24,000 nt of DNA from Bifidobacterium moukalabense DSM 27321 (lineage in GTDB: Bacteria > Actinomycetota > Actinomycetes > Actinomycetales > Bifidobacteriaceae): positions 440,905 through 464,904 of the forward strand of contig NZ_AZMV01000001.1 in NCBI RefSeq assembly GCF_000522505.1. Direction: 5' to 3'. Position numbers and translations under genes: made by a program. Under the pieces are notes generated by a model. It worked only from the letters and a program-made list of their open reading frames with translations, made no database searches and was not told the origin of the DNA. How positions within the stretch are numbered: the stretch's first letter is position 1; every line of letters starts with the position of its first letter. This document shows positions 1 to 7,719 of the stretch, one piece after another.

Positions 1-43
1 GATGGGCCGGCCGTTGCGAGAAACGCAACCGAAGGAGGAAATC

Positions 44-613
44 CTAGAGCACCAGCACTCCCAAATGCTCCAGCAGAACCTTCACGCCGATGAGAATCAG
101 CACCACGCCGCCGGCGATCTGCGCCGGCTTCTGCCAACGCGATCCGAACACACGGCCGATATACAACCCAGCGGCTGAGAACAGGCCGGTGGTCACGCCG
201 ATGATGATCACGGCAATCCAGATGTTGAGCGACATGAAGGCGAAGCTCACGCCGACCGCAAACGCGTCGATGCTGCATGCCACGGCGAGCGGCAGCATGT
301 GACGCCAATCGAATTCTGGAGTCTCCTTGGTGTTCTCTTCATCCTCGCCGAACGCCTCACGCACCATGTTGCCGCCGATCAGGGCGAGCAGACCGAAGAT
401 GATCCAATGATCCACGGCGGTCACGTATTTGCTGAAGGTGGAGGCCGCGAAATAGCCAAGTAGAGGGAAAAGCGCCTGGAATCCGCCGAACCATAGGGCG
501 GTTTTGCATGCATCGATGCCGCGCAGTTTCTTGATGGTCAGGCCTTTGCCGATGGAGATGGCGAAGGCGTCCATGGATACGGAAACGGCGATGAGTAGGG
601 TTTGAATCAACAT
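44..613 (-). CDS. mntP: Manganese efflux pump MntP-family membrane protein
   Basis: Taken from ORF 44..703(-). From Met31 the product (MLIQTLLIAVSVSMDAFAISIGKG... and second half ...LAVACSIDAFAVGVSFA...) shows the duplicated SxDAF membrane repeat of MntP. The length is about 189 aa and the protein is multi-TM throughout. The 30-aa N-terminal extension in the track is hydrophilic and overlies a structured leader, so the start is placed at 613. Confidence 0.8.
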   Translation of the reverse strand: MLIQTLLIAVSVSMDAFAISIGKGLTIKKLRGIDACKTALWFGGFQALFPLLGYFAASTFSKYVTAVDHWIIFGLLALIGGNMVREAFGEDEENTKETPEFDWRHMLPLAVACSIDAFAVGVSFAFMSLNIWIAVIIIGVTTGLFSAAGLYIGRVFGSRWQKPAQIAGGVVLILIGVKVLLEHLGVLVL

Positions 614-975
614 AGCTGGTTTAATAGGTTCATCCCGCCGGTCTCCCCACGGGATGGGCCTCGACGGTTCGTTATTTCCGCCTACGCCTAGGGGTACCGA
701 CATAGAACTGCCGCACGCGGGCCAATGGCTTCCAGCGGGCTTTGAATTCAGCGAATACTGTTCGCATGCCGTGAATTACAAGACCCCACTATAGCGCATC
801 CCGCGAAGATATGGCCATGTGACGGCCCGAATCATCCAGCCGCTGGATGATTCAAGCCGCTGGATGTGTCCTGAGCGGGATGATTCCTCCAGCGACTGTG
901 GGGGTTCAAGCCGCTGCGGAAACGGAAAAGGCCCGCCGATTGACATCAGCGAGCCTTACTCATTGTGGAAAAGAA

Positions 976-1470
976 TCACTTCTCGGATTCTTCGAGGCGC
1001 TTGCGGGCGGCCACGATCTCTTCCTCGGCCTTGGCGACACCGGTCCAGTAATCGCCCGGCAGGACTTCCTTGCCCGGCTCCAGAGCCTTGTACTGCTCGA
1101 AGAAGTGCTTGATTTCAGCCTTGTGGTACTCGGAAACGTCGTCGACGTCCTTGATGTCATCGAAACGGACATCGGCCGGCACGCACAGCACCTTGTCATC
1201 TCCGCCGGCCTCGTCGACCATGTGATACAGACCGACGGCGCGGCACTCCACCACGCAGCCCGGGAACACGGAATTCGGAATCATGACCAGGGCGTCGAGC
1301 GGGTCGCCGTCCTCACCCAGAGTGCCATCGATGTAGCCGTAATCATCCGGGTAGCCCATGGAAGTGAACAGGGTGCGGTCCAGGAACACGCGACCGGTCT
1401 CGTGATCCACTTCGTACTTGTTCTTGGAACCGCGCGGGATCTCCACCACGACGTTGAAGGTTTCTGCCAT
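976..1470 (-). CDS. ppa: Inorganic pyrophosphatase (family I)
   Basis: Taken from ORF 976..1515(-). From the internal Met the product is MAETFNVVVEIPRGSKNKYEVDHETGRVFLDRTLFTSMGYPDDYGYI...GEDGDPLDALV, the classic family I PPase signature. An AAGGAG Shine-Dalgarno lies 7 nt upstream of the ATG at 1470. Confidence 0.9.
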   Translation of the reverse strand: MAETFNVVVEIPRGSKNKYEVDHETGRVFLDRTLFTSMGYPDDYGYIDGTLGEDGDPLDALVMIPNSVFPGCVVECRAVGLYHMVDEAGGDDKVLCVPADVRFDDIKDVDDVSEYHKAEIKHFFEQYKALEPGKEVLPGDYWTGVAKAEEEIVAARKRLEESEK

Positions 1471-1646
1471 TTCGTTTCTCCTTGAGATGGGGCAGGTTGT
1501 ATTTCCGATACCCACAATACCTCTTTCCGCCGAAGTACGGCAGGCACGTCATGGGTAAAGATTTCTGTGACAGCGGGATGACATGGAGGGGGAATCCCTG
1601 CATAATAGCTACGCGTATGAACGACAGTGACGGAAATGAGGTTGAA

Positions 1647-1835
1647 ATGCGGCGTCAAAATCATATCTTGAGACCGTGTATGGGTAAATGGGCGAGCACA
1701 GTTCTAACGGCATTGCTCGTCATTGGCTCACTGCAGATTGTCCCTGACGCTCCGGCGCGTGATGCGATGGGAGCGGATACGGTTACTCATTACATTGAGT
1801 GCCCGTCGTGGCTGCCGAAGTGGATGTGTTTATGA
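1647..1835 (+). CDS. Hypothetical small secreted peptide (62 aa) with a signal-peptide-like N-terminus and a two-Cys C-terminal region
   Basis: An ATG at 1647 follows GAGG with a 5-nt spacer. The product is MRRQNHILRPCMGKWASTVLTALLVIGSLQIVPDAPA|RDAMGADTVTHYIECPSWLPKWMCL, with a charged N-region, a hydrophobic core and an AxA-like site. The 3' end overlaps the convergent kinase gene by about 50 nt. I recognise no homolog, so coding status is unproven. Confidence 0.3.
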   Translation: MRRQNHILRPCMGKWASTVLTALLVIGSLQIVPDAPARDAMGADTVTHYIECPSWLPKWMCL

Positions 1836-2976
1836 GTGGGATAGTGACAGTTGCCGTCCATAGGTGGTTTGCGGACCGGATAGTCATTGACCCGCCGTGC
1901 GCTTGCAGAATTTCCTGATAACGCAGTAGCCCGATAGTGGTAGGTTCCTCAGATTCGGAACGGGAGTTGATCGGAGCGTCGCATACGGAAATGACGATAT
2001 CCTTTCCGGGGTTGCCGAGTGTAACGAAATAGCCTTGTTCTGGATCGGCATGTTTGATGATGTTGGAGAACAGTTCGTTGAGAATATCGAATAGCAGCTC
2101 GCCGTTTTCTTCGGACAGGCATTGCAGGTCAGTGATGGAGTTGATGATTTCACCTTGGAATGACAGTTGGCCCAATTGATGTCGTGCCTCGGAGATGATT
2201 GAGTCCAACTGCCTGAGCTGATGTGTATTGTTCGTAAGTGGCACGGTCTCCGCTGAATCGTCCGCGGCGAGATAGGAGATGACCTTACGCGTCTGTGACA
2301 GGGATTTTTGCAAAACAGTTCGGATTTCTTGCATGTCGGTCTTGGAGGGCTGCGTGTGTGCACGTTCGTCGATGAGCCGAATCGCGTAGGTGAGGTTGTT
2401 ACATGTTCGGTCATGCAGCTCAATGGCCGCTTTTTGGCGATGCTTGAGTTGCATGAGCTGCCTGAGCCTATCTGCGTTTATCTGTGATCGGTGCAGAATG
2501 GAACCGGCGAAACAGCAAAGCATCAACGTCATGAGAAGGAGCAGCGCATCCGACCGATTGATTGGCATATGCCTTGCATAGGTGACGGAAATATGCAAGG
2601 CGAAGTATAGAAGGACTGCGCTGATGCCGTATGACAATCGGTTGAAGCCTAGTAGTGTGATTGCCAACATGCATCCGAAGATAAGGGCGGCGGATACGTG
2701 GAAAGGAGTGACAAGGCCGATCCAGGAGGTGAGGATGACGAGCCAGCTTCCCGGGATTTTCCATGTTGCCGCCAGCAGAAATACGACCACTTCACCGATA
2801 CAGAGCATCGTATTCCAGTGTGCATAGGCTGGCATGATTTCCAGTCGTGTCTCGTCGATCAAGAAGATAAACAGGCACAGGAGGTAGAGGATGCTCGTCG
2901 CCATGGAGAAGCTGTTGCGGCGAATATGTTGTACCGACTCGCGAATGCGAGTTATAACAAATCGTATTTGTCGCAT
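1783..2976 (-). CDS. Sensor histidine kinase, HisKA_3 (NarX/LiaS-like) class, with six N-terminal TM segments
   Basis: Six hydrophobic N-terminal segments are followed by the H-box AAIELHDRTCNNLTY, the HATPase N-box ELFSNIIKHA and the G-box GLLRYQEILQAHGGSM. The gene lies immediately downstream of, and overlaps, a LuxR-type regulator gene. The start is uncertain (2976 or Met25 at 2904). Confidence 0.8.
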   Translation of the reverse strand: MRQIRFVITRIRESVQHIRRNSFSMATSILYLLCLFIFLIDETRLEIMPAYAHWNTMLCIGEVVVFLLAATWKIPGSWLVILTSWIGLVTPFHVSAALIFGCMLAITLLGFNRLSYGISAVLLYFALHISVTYARHMPINRSDALLLLMTLMLCCFAGSILHRSQINADRLRQLMQLKHRQKAAIELHDRTCNNLTYAIRLIDERAHTQPSKTDMQEIRTVLQKSLSQTRKVISYLAADDSAETVPLTNNTHQLRQLDSIISEARHQLGQLSFQGEIINSITDLQCLSEENGELLFDILNELFSNIIKHADPEQGYFVTLGNPGKDIVISVCDAPINSRSESEEPTTIGLLRYQEILQAHGGSMTIRSANHLWTATVTIPLINTSTSAATTGTQCNE

Positions 2977-3603
2977 AATGTCAGTGCCTCGTTGCGGTTG
3001 TTGACCTTTAGTTTTCTGAGAATCCGGTGAACGTGGGTGAAGACCGTGTTATGGCTGATTCCAAGATCCTCGGCAATGCCCATGGTTGTTTGACCGCGTT
3101 TGTATCGATTCAGGATATCCCGCTCTTGATTGCTGAGTGCGGGGATGGATGCTGATTCACGGCTAAGGAGACGATGAGCTGTTACGGAATCGAGGAAACG
3201 ATTATCGATAGGTTTTCCCTGAGACACCTGATCTAAGGCCGGGAGCAGTTGCTGCGTGAGACTTTCCTTCGCCAACAGTCCCTGAGCGCCAGCCGAAATC
3301 ACATCGTTCTCATAGCGTTCCGTGGAGTAGGCCGTAATGCAGAGAAGTCCTATACTGCCGGTTTTCTGACGGATTCTGCGGCATACGATATCTCCGTTGA
3401 TATCGCCCAAGGCCATGTCGACAATGAGTGTGGTGGGAGTTTTTTTGGCCAAATAAACAACGGTGAAGCGTCTCGGCTCCGGAAAGGGAGACCCAGGCGA
3501 TGGTGTAGTTACTCGTGGCACCGCTTATCCACTGGGACAGCAATCTCGCGGACCAAACATCGTTATCGACCAGTGCGATGTCAGTGCAGCTTTCTCCTAT
3601 CAC
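2952..3603 (-). pseudogene. NarL/LuxR-family response regulator split by a +1 frameshift in an A7 run (T7 on the + strand, 3440-3446)
   Basis: The N-terminal receiver half is in ORF 3310..3603(-) (TDIALVDNDVWSARLL...HRCLFGQK). The rest is in ORF 2952..3521(-) (KTPTTLIVDMALGDINGD...CITAYS...GAQGLLAKE, then the GerE HTH SNQERDILNRYKRGQTTMGIAEDLGISHNTVFTHVHRILRKL). Removing one A gives a continuous 216-aa regulator. The GTG start at 3603 is uncertain. Confidence 0.75.
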
Positions 3604-3863
3604 AGTGAGTAATGATAATGCGGTTGACAGCCTTTTGCCTGGAGAAGGGGAGTGGGTAGGGGTATTCCTTTTTTTGTGTAAAGAAATGCGTTACATCTCC
3701 TTCGTGAAATGGAGAATATCGGCTAGCCTGATGGTCGCATCGTTGGTTAAGCACCGTTTGCGGTCATGAGAACATGAAGTTATCCATGTGGATATCGAAA
3801 TAAAGGGAACATGGCTTAGTTAAGGGGCGATGCTGTTGCAAAGAGAATCTGGAGGGTGGCGAA

Positions 3864-4976
3864 ATGCCAAAGTATATTGCAGCGTTTCTGACTATGGTCT
3901 TATTGCTTGGCGGAACAGCGCAAGTTGCAAGCGCCGAGTCTGATATAAGCCAAGGGCAAGTTCAAGAAATTCTAAAAGAATATAATGATTCATTACAATC
4001 TGCGTATTTTGCCTCTAACTCTCGGTCCAGTCAAAAATGTGCCAGTTACTGAGAGCACACGTCAGGCTGAAGGCCTGCGAACTGAAAAATGTAAATATAT
4101 CTTCAGAAGAAATAAGTGCGCGCCATATTGACGATGGGTATGAAATACAAGCAGATGTCACAGTCGATTCAACCGTAAAGCCTGAGGAAGGGACCATAAT
4201 CTATACTGCCGGACAGCAGCGTGAAATTATGACGACTTCATGGACGGACAGGCATGTGCTGAAAGTAGTTCCATCGGAAGGGGGGATGGGACATTGTGTC
4301 TGACAAGACAATTGATGTAGCTGACGAGGGGAATGAGTCTCAGACTTCTGCAGAAGATACGCTTTCCGATGATGCACAGCCATCATCTACCGATGAGAAA
4401 GGCGCTTGGTCAAGCAGAGCCTTGGACATGGCTAAAAGAAATTTCGGTGATAATTCAGCCGGGGTAAACTATATAACCTTGTCGAGATACGCTGATACGT
4501 GGACGAATAAACAGCATGAAAAACAAATGAATCCCAAATATCCTGTTTTTAAAAACGGGAATTGTGCCAATTTTGCTTCGCAGGCGCTTCATGAGGCAGG
4601 CCTTTCGGTGACTCATCTGTGGAATTATTCGACGGTTAGTCCTGAACTTTTGACAACAAAATCGTGGATGAATGCAAACAGTAATTATTACTATATGAAA
4701 AACTACTCTCATTCTTACACAAGTCTCGATAATGTTTGGAAGGCTTGGCAAGGTAGCTTATTGTATGTTGACTGGGATTCAAAGGATCAGAAGAATGAGA
4801 TTAATCATGCGATGGTTGTAATTGGTGTAGTAGTAAAGAACGGGAAAGCAAATCCTGTTATTTGTCAGAAAACGCCAAATAGAAATAGTATAACTTTGAC
4901 TGAATCCTTGGAAAATGCTCATAAGCAGAAGAGGTATAACATGATTTGGTATGGGCTGCAGTACAAATATGAGTAA
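3864..4976 (+). pseudogene. Secreted putative amidase (Amidase_6/PF12671-like Cys-His peptidoglycan amidase) split into three ORFs by two compensating homopolymer frameshifts
   Basis: A GGAGGG Shine-Dalgarno precedes the ATG at 3864, and the product starts with the Sec signal MPKYIAAFLTMVLLLGGTAQVASA|ES. ORFs 3864..4052 (frame 0), 4037..4303 (frame 2) and 4296..4976 (frame 0) overlap exactly at an A5 run (4033-4037) and a G6 run (4280-4285). The C-terminal part carries GNCANFASQALHEAG (catalytic Cys) and EINHAMVVIG (His). The family was assigned from motif recall and has not been searched. Confidence 0.6.
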
Positions 4977-5370
4977 GAAACATATCAATATGACTAAGAA
5001 ACGTATCGTGGCCATTGTGTTGGCGGTGTATTTCTGCCTTCTCGGGGCATCGTATTTCGGGTTACACCGGGCGCAGGATGACTGGCAGATAGCGTATTTG
5101 AGGTGGGATCAGGCTACGTTGATTTCCGGTGAAATTGGCGATATCAAAGCATTGAAGGCATCCTTGAAGGAAGCGGGGGCCAGGCCTGAGGCATCGGGAT
5201 ATTCCAGTCCGCCGGATACGAACAGTCTGCTGATTTGGGACGTGTGGATAACATGGTGGAATACACGTAAGAGCTACTACGCCGTCAACGACGAAACCGA
5301 GCAGCATCTTGACTATACGGATGCGGTGCTCAACGATCAGTGCCATTTGGAGCAAAACAAGTCGGAGTGA
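4951..5370 (+). CDS. Hypothetical small membrane-anchored protein (single N-terminal TM)
   Basis: ORF 4951..5370(+). The segment KKRIVAIVLAVYFCLLGASYF is followed by a soluble domain of about 100 aa. Alternative starts at 4969 (an ATGAGTAA overlap with the amidase stop) or 4990 are possible, and none has a convincing Shine-Dalgarno. No family was recognised. Confidence 0.5.
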   Translation: MGCSTNMSKKHINMTKKRIVAIVLAVYFCLLGASYFGLHRAQDDWQIAYLRWDQATLISGEIGDIKALKASLKEAGARPEASGYSSPPDTNSLLIWDVWITWWNTRKSYYAVNDETEQHLDYTDAVLNDQCHLEQNKSE

Positions 5371-5389
5371 CGACAGCAAAGCAACAGGA

Positions 5390-5440
5390 AATGAAGCGGG
5401 TGGCCGAATCGGAATCAACGATTCGGCCACCCGCTTCATT
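5390..5440. terminator. Perfect 22-bp-stem hairpin between convergent genes
   Basis: aatgaagcgggtggccgaatcg (5390-5411), a gaatcaa loop, then cgattcggccacccgcttcatt (5419-5440) form perfect complementarity. There is no U-tract, so it would be an I-shaped terminator of the kind common in actinobacteria. Confidence 0.55.
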
Positions 5441-5442
5441 GT

Positions 5443-5484
5443 GGCGGTTGCGTTCGGGAGGCCGGGCCTCGGAGCGCAACCGCC
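5443..5484. terminator. Second long GC-rich hairpin downstream of glgE
   Basis: ggcggttgcgttc (5443-5455) pairs with gagcgcaaccgcc (5472-5484), with one G-U pair. The inner gaggcc/ggcctc pairing extends the stem. The hairpin lies 30 nt past the glgE stop on the minus strand. Confidence 0.45.
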
Positions 5485-5513
5485 ATGCGTCTTGCGTTAG
5501 CGCATCAGCGACA

Positions 5514-7706
5514 TCAGCGGACGATGTGGAGCACGTGCGCCACGTCCGCCCATGGGGCGAGCGAGACGAAGTTGTCCCAGCCCCACGCGAAATCACGTCC
5601 GGTGAGTTCGTCGCGCACATGGGCGCCCCACTTCGGGTCGATGCCGAAGTCGGGCATCTCCAGGTGAATCACCGACTGGTGCGCGTTGTGCCCGTCGAGG
5701 TTCACCACCACGATCAGCGTCTCGGGCTTGCCGGTGCTCGTCAGCTCGGCGGGGGTGTGGCGGGCGAACGCGAGGATGTTCGGGTCCGACGACGGCAGGA
5801 CGCTCACATTGTGGTAGCTGAAGGCCTCCACGTGTTCGCGGCGAATCCTGTTCAGGCTGGTCAGTAGCTCGGTGATGCCGTACTTATCGGCATCGGCCCA
5901 GTCGCGTACCTTGACCTCGTACTTCTCGTTGTCGATCTGCTCCTCGAAGCCGGGGCGCTGCCTGTTCTCGATGAGCTCGAAGCCGTTGTAGATGCCCCAG
6001 CTCGGGCTTCCCATGGCCGCCAGCACCGCGCGCACGGCATGGCCCGCCACCCCGTTGTCGCGCACGTAATCGGTGAGGATGTCCGGTGTGGTGGGCCAGA
6101 AGGTGTTGTGCTGATAGTAGCCGTCGTCGCCGTTGGTCTCCAGCAGGTACTTCTCCAGCTCCTCCTTGGTGTTGCGCCACGGGAAGTAGCAGTGCGACTG
6201 GGTGAAGCCCACATAGCTCAACGCGCGCATCATGCCGGGGCGGGTGAACGCCTCGGCCAGGAACAACGTCTCGGGGTGCTTCTTGGTGACCGCCGCGATC
6301 ACGTCCTGCCAGAAGCGCACCGGCTTGGTGTGCGGATTGTCGACGCGGAAAATGGTCACGCCTGCGGCGATCCACAGGTTCATGATGCGCTCGACTTCCT
6401 TTTCGATGCCGGGCATGTCGGCGTTGAAGTCGATCGGATAGATGTCCTGATACTTCTTCGGCGGGTTCTCGGCGAACGCGATGGTGCCGTCGGGCTTGGT
6501 GCGGAACCAGTTCGGATGTTGCTTGACCCACGGGTGGTCTGGCGAGCACTGCAGGGCGAAATCAAGCGCAATCTCAAGACCCAGCTCATGGGCGCGCTCG
6601 CAGAACGCCTTGAAATCATCCATGGTGCCGAGCAGCGGATCCACGGTGTCGTGGCCGCCCAGCTCGGAGCCGATGCCGAACGGGGAGCCCGGATCGTTCG
6701 GGCCGGCGATCAGTGAATTGTTGCGTCCCTTGCGGTTGGTCACGCCGATGGGGAAGATCGGCGGCAGATACACGATATTGAAGCCTTCGGCGGCTGCGCG
6801 CTCCAGGCCGGCCAGAGAGGTCTTGAGATCGCCTTGCACGATCTTGCCGTCGTCGCCATAGTGGGCGCCTTCCGAACGCGGGAAGAACTGATACCATGCG
6901 GCGAAGCTGGACTTCGGGCGCTCCACGCGGAACCGCTGCGGATTCGATTCGGACAGGCCGTCACGCAGCGGATTGGTCTCATGCAGACGCTGGATATCGG
7001 CCGTCTCGGCGGCGGCGAGGCGCTCGGTCGGAGGCAATGACCTGTCGGCCATGGTCTTGGCGGCCGCCTGCAGAATCTTCTTGTCGGCGGCGGCTAGCTT
7101 GGAATCCTTGGAGCCGGCCCAGCGGGCGAGCAGTTGCGCGCCGCTTTCCAGCGCGTTCTCCACGTCGTCGCCCACCTCGACCTTGATGGCGGCGTCATGC
7201 AGCCAGGACCGATACGTATCCTCCCAGCCTTCGATCACGACATTCCAATCGCCCAGCTGGCGCTTAACGGGCGCGTAGTCGGCATCCCAAGGCCTGAGAT
7301 CGCTATGTTCCCCGATTCTGACCATCGCCTCCCAGCGGTCCAGACCGGGGTTCGTGCAAGTCATCGGGGTGCGGCTCACTTCGCGGCCGCGGGCGTTGCG
7401 CACCGACACGGTGGCGCCGGCTTTGGTGCGGCCCTCGATGAATACCTGGGCAGTCACCGTGAATGGTTCCCCGAGCTCCACCCTAGCGGGGAACAGACCG
7501 TTGTCGGCGGTCGGGGTGATATCCATGACGTTGACGCGCCCGAACTGTTCCGGTACCGTGCGTTCGATGATGGGCGCAGGAGCCTCTCCGACCACCTGCG
7601 GTACCGCGGCCTTGGCCTTGGTCGTACGACGTTTGCGGACCGGCTTCCCCTCGGTCGCCGATGCTGCCTTGCTGGTGTGCGCGGACGCGCTCTTTTCTAC
7701 TGCCAT
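5514..7706 (-). CDS. glgE: Alpha-1,4-glucan:maltose-1-phosphate maltosyltransferase GlgE
   Basis: The 730-aa ORF has a DUF3416-like N-terminal domain (FGRVNVMDITPTADNGLFPARVELGEPFTVTAQVF). The GH13 core carries YLPPIFPIGVTNRKGRNNSL...DPGSPFGIGSELGGHDTVDPLLGT and IFRVDNPHTKPVRFW, which are characteristic of GlgE. Confidence 0.9.
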   Translation of the reverse strand: MAVEKSASAHTSKAASATEGKPVRKRRTTKAKAAVPQVVGEAPAPIIERTVPEQFGRVNVMDITPTADNGLFPARVELGEPFTVTAQVFIEGRTKAGATVSVRNARGREVSRTPMTCTNPGLDRWEAMVRIGEHSDLRPWDADYAPVKRQLGDWNVVIEGWEDTYRSWLHDAAIKVEVGDDVENALESGAQLLARWAGSKDSKLAAADKKILQAAAKTMADRSLPPTERLAAAETADIQRLHETNPLRDGLSESNPQRFRVERPKSSFAAWYQFFPRSEGAHYGDDGKIVQGDLKTSLAGLERAAAEGFNIVYLPPIFPIGVTNRKGRNNSLIAGPNDPGSPFGIGSELGGHDTVDPLLGTMDDFKAFCERAHELGLEIALDFALQCSPDHPWVKQHPNWFRTKPDGTIAFAENPPKKYQDIYPIDFNADMPGIEKEVERIMNLWIAAGVTIFRVDNPHTKPVRFWQDVIAAVTKKHPETLFLAEAFTRPGMMRALSYVGFTQSHCYFPWRNTKEELEKYLLETNGDDGYYQHNTFWPTTPDILTDYVRDNGVAGHAVRAVLAAMGSPSWGIYNGFELIENRQRPGFEEQIDNEKYEVKVRDWADADKYGITELLTSLNRIRREHVEAFSYHNVSVLPSSDPNILAFARHTPAELTSTGKPETLIVVVNLDGHNAHQSVIHLEMPDFGIDPKWGAHVRDELTGRDFAWGWDNFVSLAPWADVAHVLHIVR

Positions 7707-7713
7707 ACCGCCG

Positions 7714-7719
7714 ATTATA
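7714..7719 (-). promoter_or_regulatory. Candidate -10 box (TATAAT) for a leaderless glgE transcript
   Basis: The minus strand reads ctcTATAATcggcggtATG. The hexamer ends 7 nt before the ATG and there is no Shine-Dalgarno, a geometry typical of actinobacterial leaderless mRNAs. Confidence 0.3.

Noticed and set aside
819-1664. The + strand ORFs 819..1112 and 847..1485, the minus-frame alternatives around ppa, and the N-terminal extension of ppa to 1515
   Set aside because: The PPase frame is unambiguous. AAGGAG precedes the ATG at 1470, so the 15-aa extension and the overlapping frames are not coding.
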